A stretch of 64,000 nt of DNA from an uncultured Chloroflexia bacterium (GTDB lineage Bacteria; Chloroflexota; Anaerolineae; Caldilineales; Caldilineaceae), in assembly GCA_963773745.1 (NCBI GenBank), contig CAVZCL010000010.1, forward strand, positions 96,760 through 160,759, given 5' to 3'. This document shows positions 42,525-54,094 of this stretch, piece after piece (the stretch's first letter is position 1; the number at the start of each line of letters is the position of its first letter). Position numbers and translations under genes: made by a program. The notes under the pieces are model-generated. The model ran no database searches. It was not told the origin of the DNA and was given only the letters and a program-made list of their open reading frames with translations.

Positions 42525-42650
42525 GAAGTGACTCGCTGCCCGCCGACGCTGCGGCCGGTTTGTTGTTGCACGACGTGGCGCGCATCGCACGTGCGCAAGC
42601 ATGCCGTAGCGGCGGCTTATGAACGTTTCCGAAATAAAGCGGTGCACGCC

Positions 42651-42859
42651 GCAGGGGCCGCCGAGGGTTGAAACCCCCGGCTAGGCAAACCAAGTCCACT
42701 CAAGTGGACTGGCTAGAGAGAGTGACCACTCTGCGCGAGCGCCACTGTCGGAGGGCTGGAAGCCCCCCGCTACGAGGCCCCCGACGTACGGCGCGCTGTG
42801 AGTCCACTTGAGTGGACTTGGTTTGCCTAGCCGGGGGTTTCAACCCTCGGCGGCCCTGC
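42651..42859. repeat. 209-bp inverted repeat (60-nt arms, 59/60 identical), each arm with an internal palindrome
   Basis: GCAGGGGCCGCCGAGGGTTGAAACCCCCGGCTAGGCAAACCAAGTCCACTCAAGTGGACT (42651-42710) compared with the reverse complement of 42801-42859. The only difference is one G in a G-run. The spacer holds half of a GTAGCGGGGGGCTTCCAGCCCTCCG unit. Confidence 0.9.
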
Positions 42860-42999
42860 ACGAGCCAACCAACCCATACCGAAACAATTCGGCAACATTC
42901 ATCAGCCGCCGAACTCGGGGACGCGCCACGATCGATGCCTACGGAAGCTAGTGTAGGTTGACGAAATAGCTCGAAAACAATTTATGTCTCGTCGCGGCG

Positions 43000-43260
43000 A
43001 ACGCTGCAGGCTCAAGCCTGCAGCTACCCAACCCAAGTCGGCTGAAGCCGACTGACGCCGCTGCACTCGAGCGCAGAAGGGTTTCAGCCTGCTTCAACAG
43101 GCTTGGGTTGCCTAGCCGTAGGCTTCAGCCTGTGGCGGTGGCCGCGGCAAGCGCGCTTCATGCCGAATCATTTCGTCAATGTTCATCTGCCGCCGTAATC
43201 GAGAACGCGACGCTGTCCATACCAACGGCGGCTGAAGCCGCAACTACGAACGCCGCCCCG
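43000..43260. repeat. String of short GCTTCAGC/GCTGAAGC-loop hairpins
   Basis: CTGCAGGCTCAAGCCTGCAG, AGTCGGCTGAAGCCGACT, GCCGTAGGCTTCAGCCTGTGGC, ACGGCGGCTGAAGCCGCAACTAC. The CTTGGGTTGCCTAGC word also occurs at 13955-13990. Confidence 0.7.
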
Positions 43261-43281
43261 CTATGCGCAAAACGCGCTGCC

Positions 43282-44226
43282 CTACTTGCTGATCTGCTCC
43301 AATAGGTCCACGCTTAAATAGGCCATAACGCCCAGGATGATGTTATAGGTCGCGTGCAACACCATCGCCGTGCTGGTGTTGTGGCGAATGCGCACAAGTC
43401 CCAGCACCAGCCCCAGCAGAAAGACAACCGCCGTCGACAGCGTAATACCGTAGTTGCTGTGCAGCAGCGCAAAGAGCGCCGCCGTAAGAATAAGCCCCAG
43501 CCGCGGCTGCGCAGCCCCGCGCATGAGCGTCTCTTCGCCCAGTGCGGCCGCCAGCCCCAGCGTGAGAACACCCCACCACGACGTGAAGAGGGGCCCCAGC
43601 AGTTGCTCTGTCAATTCCTCCACGTCGGCGTCGGCCGCAAAGCCAAGTGCGGCCGCCACGGCCTGAATGACCAGCACAACCACCACCATCACAAAAGCAA
43701 GGCCAATGCCCAGCAGCACCTGGCGCGCGCTGGGCCACGCCAGCCCCAGCCGGTCCAGGCTTGCACGCCAGCCGCGCCGCAGCGGCCAGCCAATCCCCAC
43801 AAAGGCCAGCAGCGCCATAAGGAACTGCTGCCCCCAGATGCCAGCGAAGCTTGTCACCTGCACGCCGGCTTCCTCCGCCTCCGCCACGAGCGCCGAGAGA
43901 TCGGAGAGCCCCACGCCGATTGTCAGCAGCATGTTGATAATCACGAGCATGGTCATGCTCAGCGCCACGGCGTGCACGGGGCTGGCTGCATCAATGGGAA
44001 TGTAGCGCGCAGAGAAGCGCCGCACAAAAGGCAGCAGCAGGAGCATGCCCACGAGCGCCGGCAGCAGCAGCCCCCACGCCAGCAGATCGGGGCTGTCAAC
44101 CATATCACCAAGGGGATTGGTCGGCATCAGATCCGGCTGCGTGCTGCGAATGGCCGTGTAGGCAAGCAGCCCCAGCGCACCGAGCACCACGGCCGCATAG
44201 ATGGCGATGAGGAGCAGATAGGCCAT
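43282..44226 (-). CDS. CPBP (CAAX/Abi) family intramembrane metalloprotease
   Basis: GEETLMRG (EExxxR), FALLHSNY and VLHATYN motifs in canonical order; polytopic. Confidence 0.85.
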   Translation of the reverse strand: MAYLLLIAIYAAVVLGALGLLAYTAIRSTQPDLMPTNPLGDMVDSPDLLAWGLLLPALVGMLLLLPFVRRFSARYIPIDAASPVHAVALSMTMLVIINMLLTIGVGLSDLSALVAEAEEAGVQVTSFAGIWGQQFLMALLAFVGIGWPLRRGWRASLDRLGLAWPSARQVLLGIGLAFVMVVVVLVIQAVAAALGFAADADVEELTEQLLGPLFTSWWGVLTLGLAAALGEETLMRGAAQPRLGLILTAALFALLHSNYGITLSTAVVFLLGLVLGLVRIRHNTSTAMVLHATYNIILGVMAYLSVDLLEQISK

Positions 44227-44468
44227 TGCTCTGGTGATGGCTGCGCTTTCGTCCTGCGCCTTGAAGCGTGGCGTGGGCGCGATTGTGTCGAAGTGCGTGC
44301 CGGGGGCGCGCCCCCCGGCACGCCGAGCGCTGCCGGTTCATCCGCCTGCATCTTGAAGACGGCTGCGGCCTGGAGGTCGCGACGGCGCGCGCGTTCGGAA
44401 GCGTTTGCCAGCAACAGAACAACGAACAGCGGCAGAAAGGTGAGGAGAAGGCCAGCAAGATCGCTCAT
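44127..44468 (-). CDS. Possible small membrane protein upstream of the CPBP gene (weak)
   Basis: ATG 44468 gives MSDLAGLLLTFLPLFVVLLLANASERARRRDL (one TM segment). The distal half is Arg/Pro/Ser-rich and overlaps the CPBP start by 100 nt, so the 3' end is unreliable. Confidence 0.2.
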   Translation of the reverse strand: MSDLAGLLLTFLPLFVVLLLANASERARRRDLQAAAVFKMQADEPAALGVPGGAPPARTSTQSRPRHASRRRTKAQPSPEQWPICSSSPSMRPWCSVRWGCLPTRPFAARSRI

Positions 44469-44641
44469 AATCGGTCCGTATGCAAGCAGTGGCAGGGAAT
44501 GGAGTAAGTGCAAAGCGCAATCCATTCAGTGTAAATGCCCCAGCGTACGCAGCCAAACCGCGCCCACACGCGCTGCCGCGCGGCCCTGCGCGATATCGTT
44601 TTCAGTTCTGCGGTGACGCATTTTCGCCACTTTTTGGTCAA

Positions 44642-44670
44642 TTGACACGACTTGTAAATGGTAGTACTAT
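44642..44670 (+). promoter_or_regulatory. Sigma-70-like promoter candidate for solute-binding protein copy 1
   Basis: TTGACA (44642-44647), 17-nt spacer, TACTAT (44665-44670). Leaves a ~145-nt leader. Confidence 0.55.
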
Positions 44671-44815
44671 CCCGCAACTCTCAGGACATGGCGGCGCGCG
44701 CTGCATTGCATGGGAACGCGCTGCCCACTGCGAGGGGGATTCCTCTGCACGCAGTTCCCACTATCCGACTTGTGCAATCCACCAACCGAACAAGGAGCAA
44801 CACCCATGAGCCACC

Positions 44816-46633
44816 TGAGGAGACTCAGACTGTACTCGCTTTTGTCACTTGTTGTGATTCTTGCAATGGTCATCGGCGCGTGCGGTGCGGCAGTGCCGGC
44901 CGCGCCCGCCGCCGGCGACACGGCTGCCCAAGGCGCGGCGCCCGCAGCAGCAAGTGACCTGCCCGCAACGCCCGGCCGCGCCACCGACGGCACCCTCTCC
45001 ATGATCTACTGGCAGGCCATCTCAATCCTGAACCCTTATCTCTCCACCGGCACAAAGGATTTCCACGCGGCCTCGCTGATCGTTGAGCCGCTCATGTGGA
45101 ATGACCCCGACGGCGTGCCCGTGCCCGCCCTCGCCGCCGAAGTGCCCACCCTCGAAAACGGCGGCATTGCCGAAGACCTGACAACAATCACCTACAACCT
45201 CAAGGAAGGCGTGCTTTGGTCCGACGGCACACCCTTTACTGCGGATGACGTGGTCTTTACGTGGCAGTACTGCACAGACCCCGAAACACCCTGCGCTACA
45301 GTCTCCAACTTCGAAGGCGTGACGAATGTTGAGGCGGTTGATCCGCTCACCGTCAAGATCACCTTTGATGCACCGAAGGCCTTCCCCTATGGCCCCTTCA
45401 ACGGCATGCTCAGCCCCATCCTCCAGAAGGCGCAATTCGCCGACTGTGTGGGCATCAAGGCACAGGAATGCTCCGAAGCCAACACTGCGCCGATCGGCAC
45501 CGGCCCCTATATGGTGAAGGAGTTCCGCGCCAACGACATCGTCACCTTTGAGGCCAACCCCAACTTCCGCATTGCCGACCAGCCCCATTTTGCCGAGATC
45601 AGCATGAAGGGTGGCGGTGACGCCGCCGCCGCGGCACGCGCCGTCCTCGAGACCGGCGAAGTTGACTGGGGCTGGAACCTGCAGGTGGAGCCCGCTGTCA
45701 TCAACCCCATGGCCGAGAAAGGCATCGGCACAGTCTATTCCAGCCGCGGTGGCCTGGTGGAGCGCATCCTTATCAACTTCACCAATCCCGACCCGGCGTT
45801 GGGCGAAAATCGCTCCAACTGGATGGCGGACGGCTCCACAGACCACCCCTTCCTCAGCGACATCAACGTGCGCAAGGCGCTTTCCATGGCCATTGACCGC
45901 ACTGTCATGGCCGAGCAGCTTTACGGTTTTGCGGGTGATCCCACCTGCAACATCGTCTCCGGCCCGCCTGCGGTCGTCTCAACGGCCAACGATGACTGCC
46001 TGACGCAGGATATTGAAGGCGCCAAGGCGCTGCTCGAGGAGAGCGGCTGGGTGGACAGCAATGGCGACGGCGTGCGCGAGAAGGATGGCGTCGAACTGCG
46101 CGTCCTCTTCGCCACATCCACAAATGCCGTGCGCCAGAAGGCCCAGGCGCTGATCCAGCAGTGGTGGGAGGAGATCGGCGTCGCCACGGAACTCAAGAAC
46201 GTCGACGCAGGCGTCTTCTTTGGCGCTGATCCGGCCAGCCCCGACACGCTCAACAAGTTCTACTTCGACGTGCAGATGTTCGCCAACAATCCCGACACAA
46301 CGGACCCGCAGACCTATCTGGCGGGCTGGCTCTGCGGGCCCGACGGCGAAAACATTGCCAAGGCCAGCAACCAGTTCAACGCGCAGAACTACGAGCGCTG
46401 GTGCAACGCCGACTATGACGCGCTCTTTGCCACCTATGCCGCGACCAAGGAGCCTGAGGCACGCGCCGAATTGGCCAAGCAGCTTAACGACATGATCGCA
46501 CAGAACTTCGTCAACCTGCCGCTCATCTTCCGTGGCGATGTTTCTGCCGGCATCAACAGCCTCACGGGTGTCAAGATGAATTCGTGGGACAGCCAGCTCT
46601 GGAACATTGGCGAGTGGAGCCGTCGTGCGATAG
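44816..46633 (+). CDS. ABC transporter solute-binding protein, family 5 (peptide/nickel type), copy 1; stop apparently lost by a 1-nt indel
   Basis: AAGGAG RBS plus ATG 44816; lipoprotein-type signal LVVILAMVIGACG. The track ORF reads through a terminator hairpin and the next promoter to 46884. By analogy with copy 2 (..GEWYRIR*), the end is ..GEWSRRA followed by TAG 46631-46633, one base out of frame. Confidence 0.75.
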
Positions 46634-46671
46634 GCGCGACCAGTAGGCGCGATCGGCAAAGCGCAGATTGT

Positions 46672-46705
46672 GAAGCGAGGCTTTCAATCCAGAAAGCCTC
46701 GCTTC
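46672..46705 (+). terminator. Terminator hairpin after solute-binding protein copy 1
   Basis: GAAGCGAGGCTTT, 8-nt loop, AAAGCCTCGCTTC, followed by a CCTTGCTTG pyrimidine-rich tail. Confidence 0.65.
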
Positions 46706-46722
46706 CCTTGCTTGTGGAACGA

Positions 46723-46751
46723 TTGACACCCTATTGGTTCAATAGTATCAT
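46723..46751 (+). promoter_or_regulatory. Sigma-70-like promoter candidate for solute-binding protein copy 2
   Basis: TTGACA (46723-46728), 17-nt spacer, TATCAT (46746-46751), just after a terminator hairpin. About 125-nt leader. Confidence 0.55.
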
Positions 46752-46876
46752 CGCCCTACCCTGGAGGATGGGCAGCCACGCAAGCGAGCGTGACTGTGCA
46801 TCCCTATGGTACTCCTCAATGTCCGGCTCAATGACTGTGTTTGCAATTGCAACAAAAGCAATAGGAAGCTGCATCT

Positions 46877-48674
46877 ATGCATAGCCTGAGGAAACTCAGA
46901 TTGTATTCACTCCTGGCTTCTATCGTCGTTCTCACGATGCTCGTTGGTGCCTGCGGCGGTGTGGCTGCACCGGCGAACCCCGCTGCACCTGCAGCCGATC
47001 TGCCTGCAACGCCCGGCCGCGCCACCGACGGCACCTTGAAAATGGTCTACTGGCAGGCGGTCTCTCTGCTCAACCCCTACCTCTCCAGCGGCAACAAGGA
47101 TCTGGCACGCTGCCTCGCTCGTACTCGAGCCGCTCATGTGGAGCGATCCCGACGGCGTGCCTGTGCCTGCCCTCGCCGCCGAAGTGCCCACCCTCGAAAA
47201 CGGCGGCATTGCCGAAGACCTGACAACAATCACCTACAACCTCAAGGAAGGCGTGCTCTGGTCCGACGGCACACCCTTTACTGCGGATGACGTCGTCTTT
47301 ACGTGGCAGTACTGCACAAACCCCGAAACACCCTGCACCACCATCGCCAACTTCGAAGGCGTGACCAACGTCGAAGCGGTTGATCCGCTCACCGTCAAGA
47401 TCACCTTTGATGCGCCGAAGGCCTTTCCGTATGGCCCCTTCAACGGCATGCATAGCCCCATCATTCAGCAGGCGCAGTTCGCCGACTGCGTGGGCATCAA
47501 GGCACAGGAATGCTCCGAAGCCAACACTGCGCCGATCGGCACCGGCCCCTACATGGTGAAGGAATTCCGCGCCAACGACATCGTCACCTTTGAGGCCAAC
47601 CCCAACTTCCGCATTGCCGACCAGCCCCATTTTGCCGAGATCAGCATGAAGGGTGGCGGCGACGCTGCCGCCGCCGCACGCGCCGTCCTCGAGACCGGCG
47701 AGGTTGATTGGGCGTGGCTGCTGCAGGTAGAGCCTGCCATCCTGAACCCCATGGCCGAGAAGGGTTTGGGGACCGTTTACACGAGCTTTGGCGGTTCAGT
47801 CGAGCGCATTGTCGTCAACTTTACCAACCCCGACCCGGCACTCGGTGAGAATCGCTCCAACTGGATGGCGGATGGCTCGACGGCGCACCCTTTTCTCAGC
47901 GACATCAACGTGCGCAAGGCGCTCTCCATGGCCATTGACCGCGACATTATCGCCCAACAGCTCTATGGCTTTGCCGGCCAGCCCACCTGCAACATTGTGG
48001 CCGGCCCGCCTGCCGTTGCCTCCACGGCCAATGATGATTGCCTGACGCAGGATATTGAAGGCGCCAAGGCGCTGCTTGATGCGAGCGGCTGGGTGGACAG
48101 CGACGGCGACGGCGTGCGCGAAAAGGATGGCGTCGAACTGCGTATCCTCTACACCACCGCCACCAACGCCGTACGCCAGAAGACGCAGGCGCTGATCCAG
48201 CAGTGGTGGGAGGAAATCGGCGTCGCCACGGAACTCAAGAACGTGGATGGCAGCGTTTTCTTCGGGGCCGACCCGGCCAGCCCCGACACGCTCAACAAGT
48301 TCTTCTCCGATGTGCAGATGTTCTCCAATGGCCCCGATACCACGGATCCGCAGACCTATCTCTCGGGCTGGCTCTGCGGGCCGAATGGAGAGAATATCGT
48401 CCAGCGCAGCAACCAGTTCAACGCGCAAAACAGCGAGCGCTGGTGCAACGCCGAGTATGACGCGCTCTTTGCCACCTACGCCGCGACCAAGGACCCGGCC
48501 GCGCGCGCTGAATTGGCCAAAGAGCTCAACGACATGATTGTGCAGAACTATGTCAACCTGCCGCTCATCTTCCGTGGCGATGTCTCCGGCGCCAGCAACA
48601 CGCTCGGCGGTATCCGCATGAATTCGTGGGACAGCCAGCTCTGGAACATTGGCGAGTGGTATCGCATTCGCTAA
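46877..48674 (+). CDS. ABC transporter solute-binding protein, family 5, copy 2; apparent frameshift at ~47105
   Basis: Signal LASIVVLTMLVGACG from ATG 46877. The body is in the 47136..48674 frame and is highly similar to copy 1. Removing one G of CTGGCAC restores ..NKDLHAASLVLEPLMW, parallel to copy 1 ..TKDFHAASLIVEPLMW. Confidence 0.8.
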
Positions 48675-48702
48675 GCTCAAATCGCAACCAGAGCGGCATT
48701 TT

Positions 48703-48845
48703 CAACGCATGGGCGCAAGGCAGGCAAGGGTGCAAGAAAAAGCCGGAGCAGAAAACGGCCGTCGCGATGCGTTGGATACATCAGGCGAAGAGTCGAAGAA
48801 TACGATGCTGTTCCTGTCTTGGCCTTTGCTTGCGCCCTTGCGTTG
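48703..48845. repeat. Word-built imperfect hairpin (GCAAGG family) between the binding-protein and permease genes
   Basis: CAACGCATGGGCGCAAGGCAGGC pairs with GGCCTTTGCTTGCGCCCTTGCGTTG. The left flank is nearly T-free and the right flank nearly A-free. Confidence 0.45.
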
Positions 48846-48890
48846 AAGAAGCGGGTTTCATCACGGTATTCGTAGAAGGACTCCTGCTCC

Positions 48891-49907
48891 ATGGGCGCAT
48901 ACATTGCCCGTCGCCTGCTGACCACCATCCCCACCATCATCTTCATCTCCCTCGTCATTTTCCTGATTCTGGATCTGGCGCCGGGCGACCCTACCTCCAA
49001 CCTGCCACTGAGCGTGCCCGCCGAGGTGCGCACGCGCATCCGCGCCAACATGGGGCTGGACGACCCGGTGCTGCCCCGCTATGGCAAGTGGCTCAGGCAG
49101 TTCTTTGTGGTGGAGCCGGCGTATATGGTGCAGGAGGCGACCGGCGCGAACTTCCAGTGGCTGGAGGAGGAGGTGCGCCTCACCTCGTGGAACTCGCGCG
49201 GCGTGCCTGTGACAACCATCATTGTGGAGCGGCTGCCGCAGACGCTTTGGGTGGTGGGTCTCAGCTACCTGTTGGCGGTGCTCATTGCGATCCCGCTGGG
49301 GGTGTTGGGCGCATACAAGCAAAACTCGCTCTTTGATCAGGTCAACAGCGTGATTGCCGTGATTGGCTTCTCGCTGCCCACCTTTTTTACGGGCCTGCTG
49401 GCCATTCTGGTCTTCAGCGTCTGGCTTGGATGGTTCCCCACCATCTATGACACAACGCTGCAAGTCAACAGTTGGGAAAACTTCATGAAGCAGGTGCGCC
49501 AGATGGCGCTGCCTGTGCTCGTGCTCACCTTCTTCCAGATTGCCACGCTGAGCCGCTTCACCCGCTCGTCGGCAATTGACAACTTCCGCCAGGATTATGT
49601 GCGCACGGCGCGCTCCAAGGGGCTGGGTGAGTGGCTGGTGGTGGCCCGCCACGTGCTGCGCAACAGCCTTATCCCCGTGGTGACGCTGGTGGCGCTGGGG
49701 GTGCCCGCCATCTTTGGCGGCGCGATCGTCACGGAGCAGATCTTCCGGGTTAACGGTCTGGGCGCCCTGCTCATTCTTGCCATCCAGGGCAACGACATCC
49801 CCATTGTGCAAACGTGCCTGGTGCTCTACGCCATTTTGGTGGTTCTCTTCAACTTCATTGCCGACATCATTTACGGCTTCCTTGACCCGCGCATCCGGTA
49901 TAGTTAG
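48891..49907 (+). CDS. ABC transporter permease (DppB/OppB-like)
   Basis: MGAYIARRLLTTIPTIIFISLVIF N-terminus and the EAA-loop region YVRTARSKGLGEWLVVARHVLRNSLIPVV. Confidence 0.9.
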   Translation: MGAYIARRLLTTIPTIIFISLVIFLILDLAPGDPTSNLPLSVPAEVRTRIRANMGLDDPVLPRYGKWLRQFFVVEPAYMVQEATGANFQWLEEEVRLTSWNSRGVPVTTIIVERLPQTLWVVGLSYLLAVLIAIPLGVLGAYKQNSLFDQVNSVIAVIGFSLPTFFTGLLAILVFSVWLGWFPTIYDTTLQVNSWENFMKQVRQMALPVLVLTFFQIATLSRFTRSSAIDNFRQDYVRTARSKGLGEWLVVARHVLRNSLIPVVTLVALGVPAIFGGAIVTEQIFRVNGLGALLILAIQGNDIPIVQTCLVLYAILVVLFNFIADIIYGFLDPRIRYS

Positions 49908-49918
49908 GTTTCCTCACT

Positions 49919-50854
49919 ATGGCACTCTCAGCAGGGGCTGCCGCCCCCCAGTCCATGGAAATCGCCGTTGCCAAGCGACCCCACCGCACGCTTTGGGGCG
50001 ATGCGTGGGTGCAGTTTCGGCGCAACAAGCTGGCCATGTTTGGCCTGGTTGTGCTCACGGCGCTCATTCTCTTTGCCTTCATTGGCCCGCTGATCTACAC
50101 CGTGGATGGCAAGCATATTGACATCGCCAACTCCAGCCAGGGGCCAACGCTGGCACACCCCTTTGGCACAGATGATCTGGGGCGCGACCTGCTGGCGCGC
50201 AATATGACCGGCGGCCGTATCTCCATCTCGGTGGGCTTTGCAGCCATGGTCATTGCCATGAGCCTGGGCGCGGCGATTGGCCTCTTCGCCGGCTATAACG
50301 CGCGGCTCGACAGCATCCTCATGCGCTTCACCGACATGATGTTTGCACTGCCGCAGCTGCCGCTGCTGCTGGTGCTCAGCGGCCTCTTTCAGGAGCCGCT
50401 GCGCCGCAGCCTGGGGCAATCCACAGGCGCGTTTATCCTGATTGTGTCGGTGATTGGCGTGCTGGGGTGGATGTCCACCGCGCGCATTGTGCGCGGCTCG
50501 GTGCTCTCCATCAAAGAGAAGGAGTATGTGGAGGCGGCGACCAACGTGGGCAGCACGAGCAGCCGCATTATGGTGCGCCATATACTGCCCAACGTCTTCA
50601 GCGCCATCATCGTTTCGGCCACGCTGGCCATGGCAGCAGCCATCCTCACCGAATCAACGCTCTCCTTCCTGGGCCTCGGCTTCCCCTCGGACGTAGCCAC
50701 ATGGGGGCGGCTGCTTTATGAAGGCAAGGATTTCCTTACCTCCAACCCGTGGATATCGCTCTGGCCCGGGCTGCTGATTTCGTTTACGGTGCTGAGCATC
50801 AACTTCATGGGCGACGGCTTGCGCGATGCGCTGGACCCGCGCCAGAGGCAGTAG
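49919..50854 (+). CDS. ABC transporter permease (DppC/OppC-like)
   Basis: HPFGTDDLGRDLLAR and YVEAATNVGSTSSRIMVRHILPNV, typical of DppC/OppC permeases. Confidence 0.9.
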   Translation: MALSAGAAAPQSMEIAVAKRPHRTLWGDAWVQFRRNKLAMFGLVVLTALILFAFIGPLIYTVDGKHIDIANSSQGPTLAHPFGTDDLGRDLLARNMTGGRISISVGFAAMVIAMSLGAAIGLFAGYNARLDSILMRFTDMMFALPQLPLLLVLSGLFQEPLRRSLGQSTGAFILIVSVIGVLGWMSTARIVRGSVLSIKEKEYVEAATNVGSTSSRIMVRHILPNVFSAIIVSATLAMAAAILTESTLSFLGLGFPSDVATWGRLLYEGKDFLTSNPWISLWPGLLISFTVLSINFMGDGLRDALDPRQRQ

Positions 50855-50877
50855 GGAGTGGGGAGTGGGGAGTGAAA

Positions 50878-50916
50878 AGACAAGGCGGCGGGCCACACCG
50901 GCCCGCCGCCTTGTCT
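50878..50916. terminator. Bidirectional terminator hairpin
   Basis: 17-bp GC-rich stem AGACAAGGCGGCGGGCC / GGCCCGCCGCCTTGTCT between the convergent permease and higA genes. Confidence 0.7.
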
Positions 50917-51196
50917 ATATAATGCGTATCTGTAGACGGCCTCCCACCGCTTCGGCGTAGCGGCGCAACGTCTCCAACGAAGGTGAGTGCTTTCCAGATA
51001 TAATCGCCCCTTCCAGCCTTGTGACGGCAGAGGGCTGCGTTCCCATCTTTGCGGCAACCTCAGCTTGTGTCATCCCAGCCTTTTGGCGCGCTTTGAGCAT
51101 GGAATCAAGGAGCGCGAATTCCGGCTCCAGTGCGTCATATGCGGCGCGAACCGCAGGGTCTTCCAGCGCACTGCGCTTCAGTTCCTCATGGGTCAT
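50915..51196 (-). CDS. higA: XRE-family HTH antitoxin (HigA-like)
   Basis: AGMTQAEVAAKMGTQPSAVTRLE helix-turn-helix. Located downstream of a RelE/Gp49-like toxin gene, with a 4-nt overlap. Confidence 0.75.
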   Translation of the reverse strand: MTHEELKRSALEDPAVRAAYDALEPEFALLDSMLKARQKAGMTQAEVAAKMGTQPSAVTRLEGAIISGKHSPSLETLRRYAEAVGGRLQIRII

Positions 51197-51531
51197 GTCA
51201 GCTGTACCTCCTCTTTACGACGTCGAGCGATAGCGAGTTCTCGGCTTGGGGTCTTCTGCGTTTTCTTACGGATGGAATGCAAAACAACGATCCGCTTGTC
51301 GACAACTGTGCAATAGAAGATGCGGGCCTCCCCCTCAGATGCGGTGACGCGTAGCTCGAAGAGCCCATCTCCCAGCGCCCTGGTGTGTGGCATTCCTAAG
51401 TACGGGCCATTTGCTTCCATTAGGTCGGCATAACGTAAAAAACGCGCCAACTGTCCCTCTGGAAGGCTACGAACCTCCCTCTCTACACGATCAGAGTAGT
51501 ATTCTATCCTCCACCACTTCGATTGTAACAT
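51193..51531 (-). CDS. higB: RelE/ParE-superfamily toxin, phage Gp49/HigB-like
   Basis: 112 aa from ATG 51531. FLRYADLMEANGPYLGMPHTRALGDGLFELRV...ARIFYC matches the Gp49-like (DUF891) pattern. Toxin-first order as in higBA. Confidence 0.7.
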   Translation of the reverse strand: MLQSKWWRIEYYSDRVEREVRSLPEGQLARFLRYADLMEANGPYLGMPHTRALGDGLFELRVTASEGEARIFYCTVVDKRIVVLHSIRKKTQKTPSRELAIARRRKEEVQLT

Positions 51532-51910
51532 ATTTGTTACTCTCCGAAAAATTGGAATGGATACACCGAAGAATGCGGTAGTACAGAACCGGCATTTAGA
51601 CTTTAGCGATGCGATGATCGACGGTCGTAGTGTAATCATAACAGCTGCACCATTACACGTTCGAGCGCAGACTGACTCACACGTGCTGAACTCGAGACTG
51701 TCCCGACGGCCATACACTCCCAAGACAGCACGTTCGGGCTGCAGCATGCACGACTCAACCACATTTGTCGCTATGTCAATATTGCGCTAAACGCGAGCAT
51801 CGCGATGTCCATATCCCGCGTAATATTGACATCGTGATGCACACATTTCGCGTAATCCAGACAATTGCGCCAGCGCGGCAATCCATACCCTCTCCCGCTA
51901 CAGACGCGCT

Positions 51911-51938
51911 TTGCACAATCCGCCGCGCTGCGTACAAT
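51911..51938 (+). promoter_or_regulatory. Promoter candidate for acs
   Basis: TTGCAC (51911-51916), 16-nt spacer, TACAAT (51933-51938). Confidence 0.4.
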
Positions 51939-52081
51939 AGGCGGCACGGCGGGAGGGTTGCTTCTCGCTGCCCATTCTTCCCTGCTTGCCAATTTTCGAT
52001 CCAACTACAGAGACCCACGGCTGCGCCGCGCATTCCGTATGGTGCCCGTCTTTCGTCTCCCACCGCAGGAGGTTGCCGCCC

Positions 52082-53994
<1,913 letters not shown>

Positions 53995-53995
<1 letters not shown>

Positions 53996-54080
53996 GATGT
54001 GGGGTGTAGGGTATCGGGTGTAGGGTGTAGGGAACTGCGACACGTTGCGCCCCGACACCCCACACCCCACCACCCGATAG
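53995..54080. repeat. GGTGTAGGG / CCCCACACC word hairpin between acs and the EEP gene
   Basis: The left arm GGATGTGGGGTGTAGGGTATCGGGTGTAGGGTGTAGGG contains one C. The right arm is CCCGACACCCCACACCCCACCACCCGATAG. TATCGGGTG/CACCCGATA pair exactly; the rest pairs imperfectly. Confidence 0.6.
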
Positions 54081-54094
54081 ATAAAGAGTGATTC

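Noticed and set aside
44671-44815. Cobalamin riboswitch in the leader of binding-protein copy 1, suggested by the GGGAAC...GCCCACTG strings.
   Set aside because: The order and spacing of the elements do not match the cobalamin riboswitch core (GGGAA, GGTG, AATCC, then GCCACTG), and no B12-box-like segment is present. This cannot be supported without a covariance-model search.
44710-46884. The 724-aa track ORF taken at face value as a binding protein with a 90-aa C-terminal extension and a 35-aa N-terminal extension.
   Set aside because: The extension runs through a terminator hairpin (46672-46705) and a consensus promoter (46723-46751), and it has no similarity to copy 2, which stops five residues after the shared GEW. 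The N-terminal extension precedes a good RBS and ATG at 44816.
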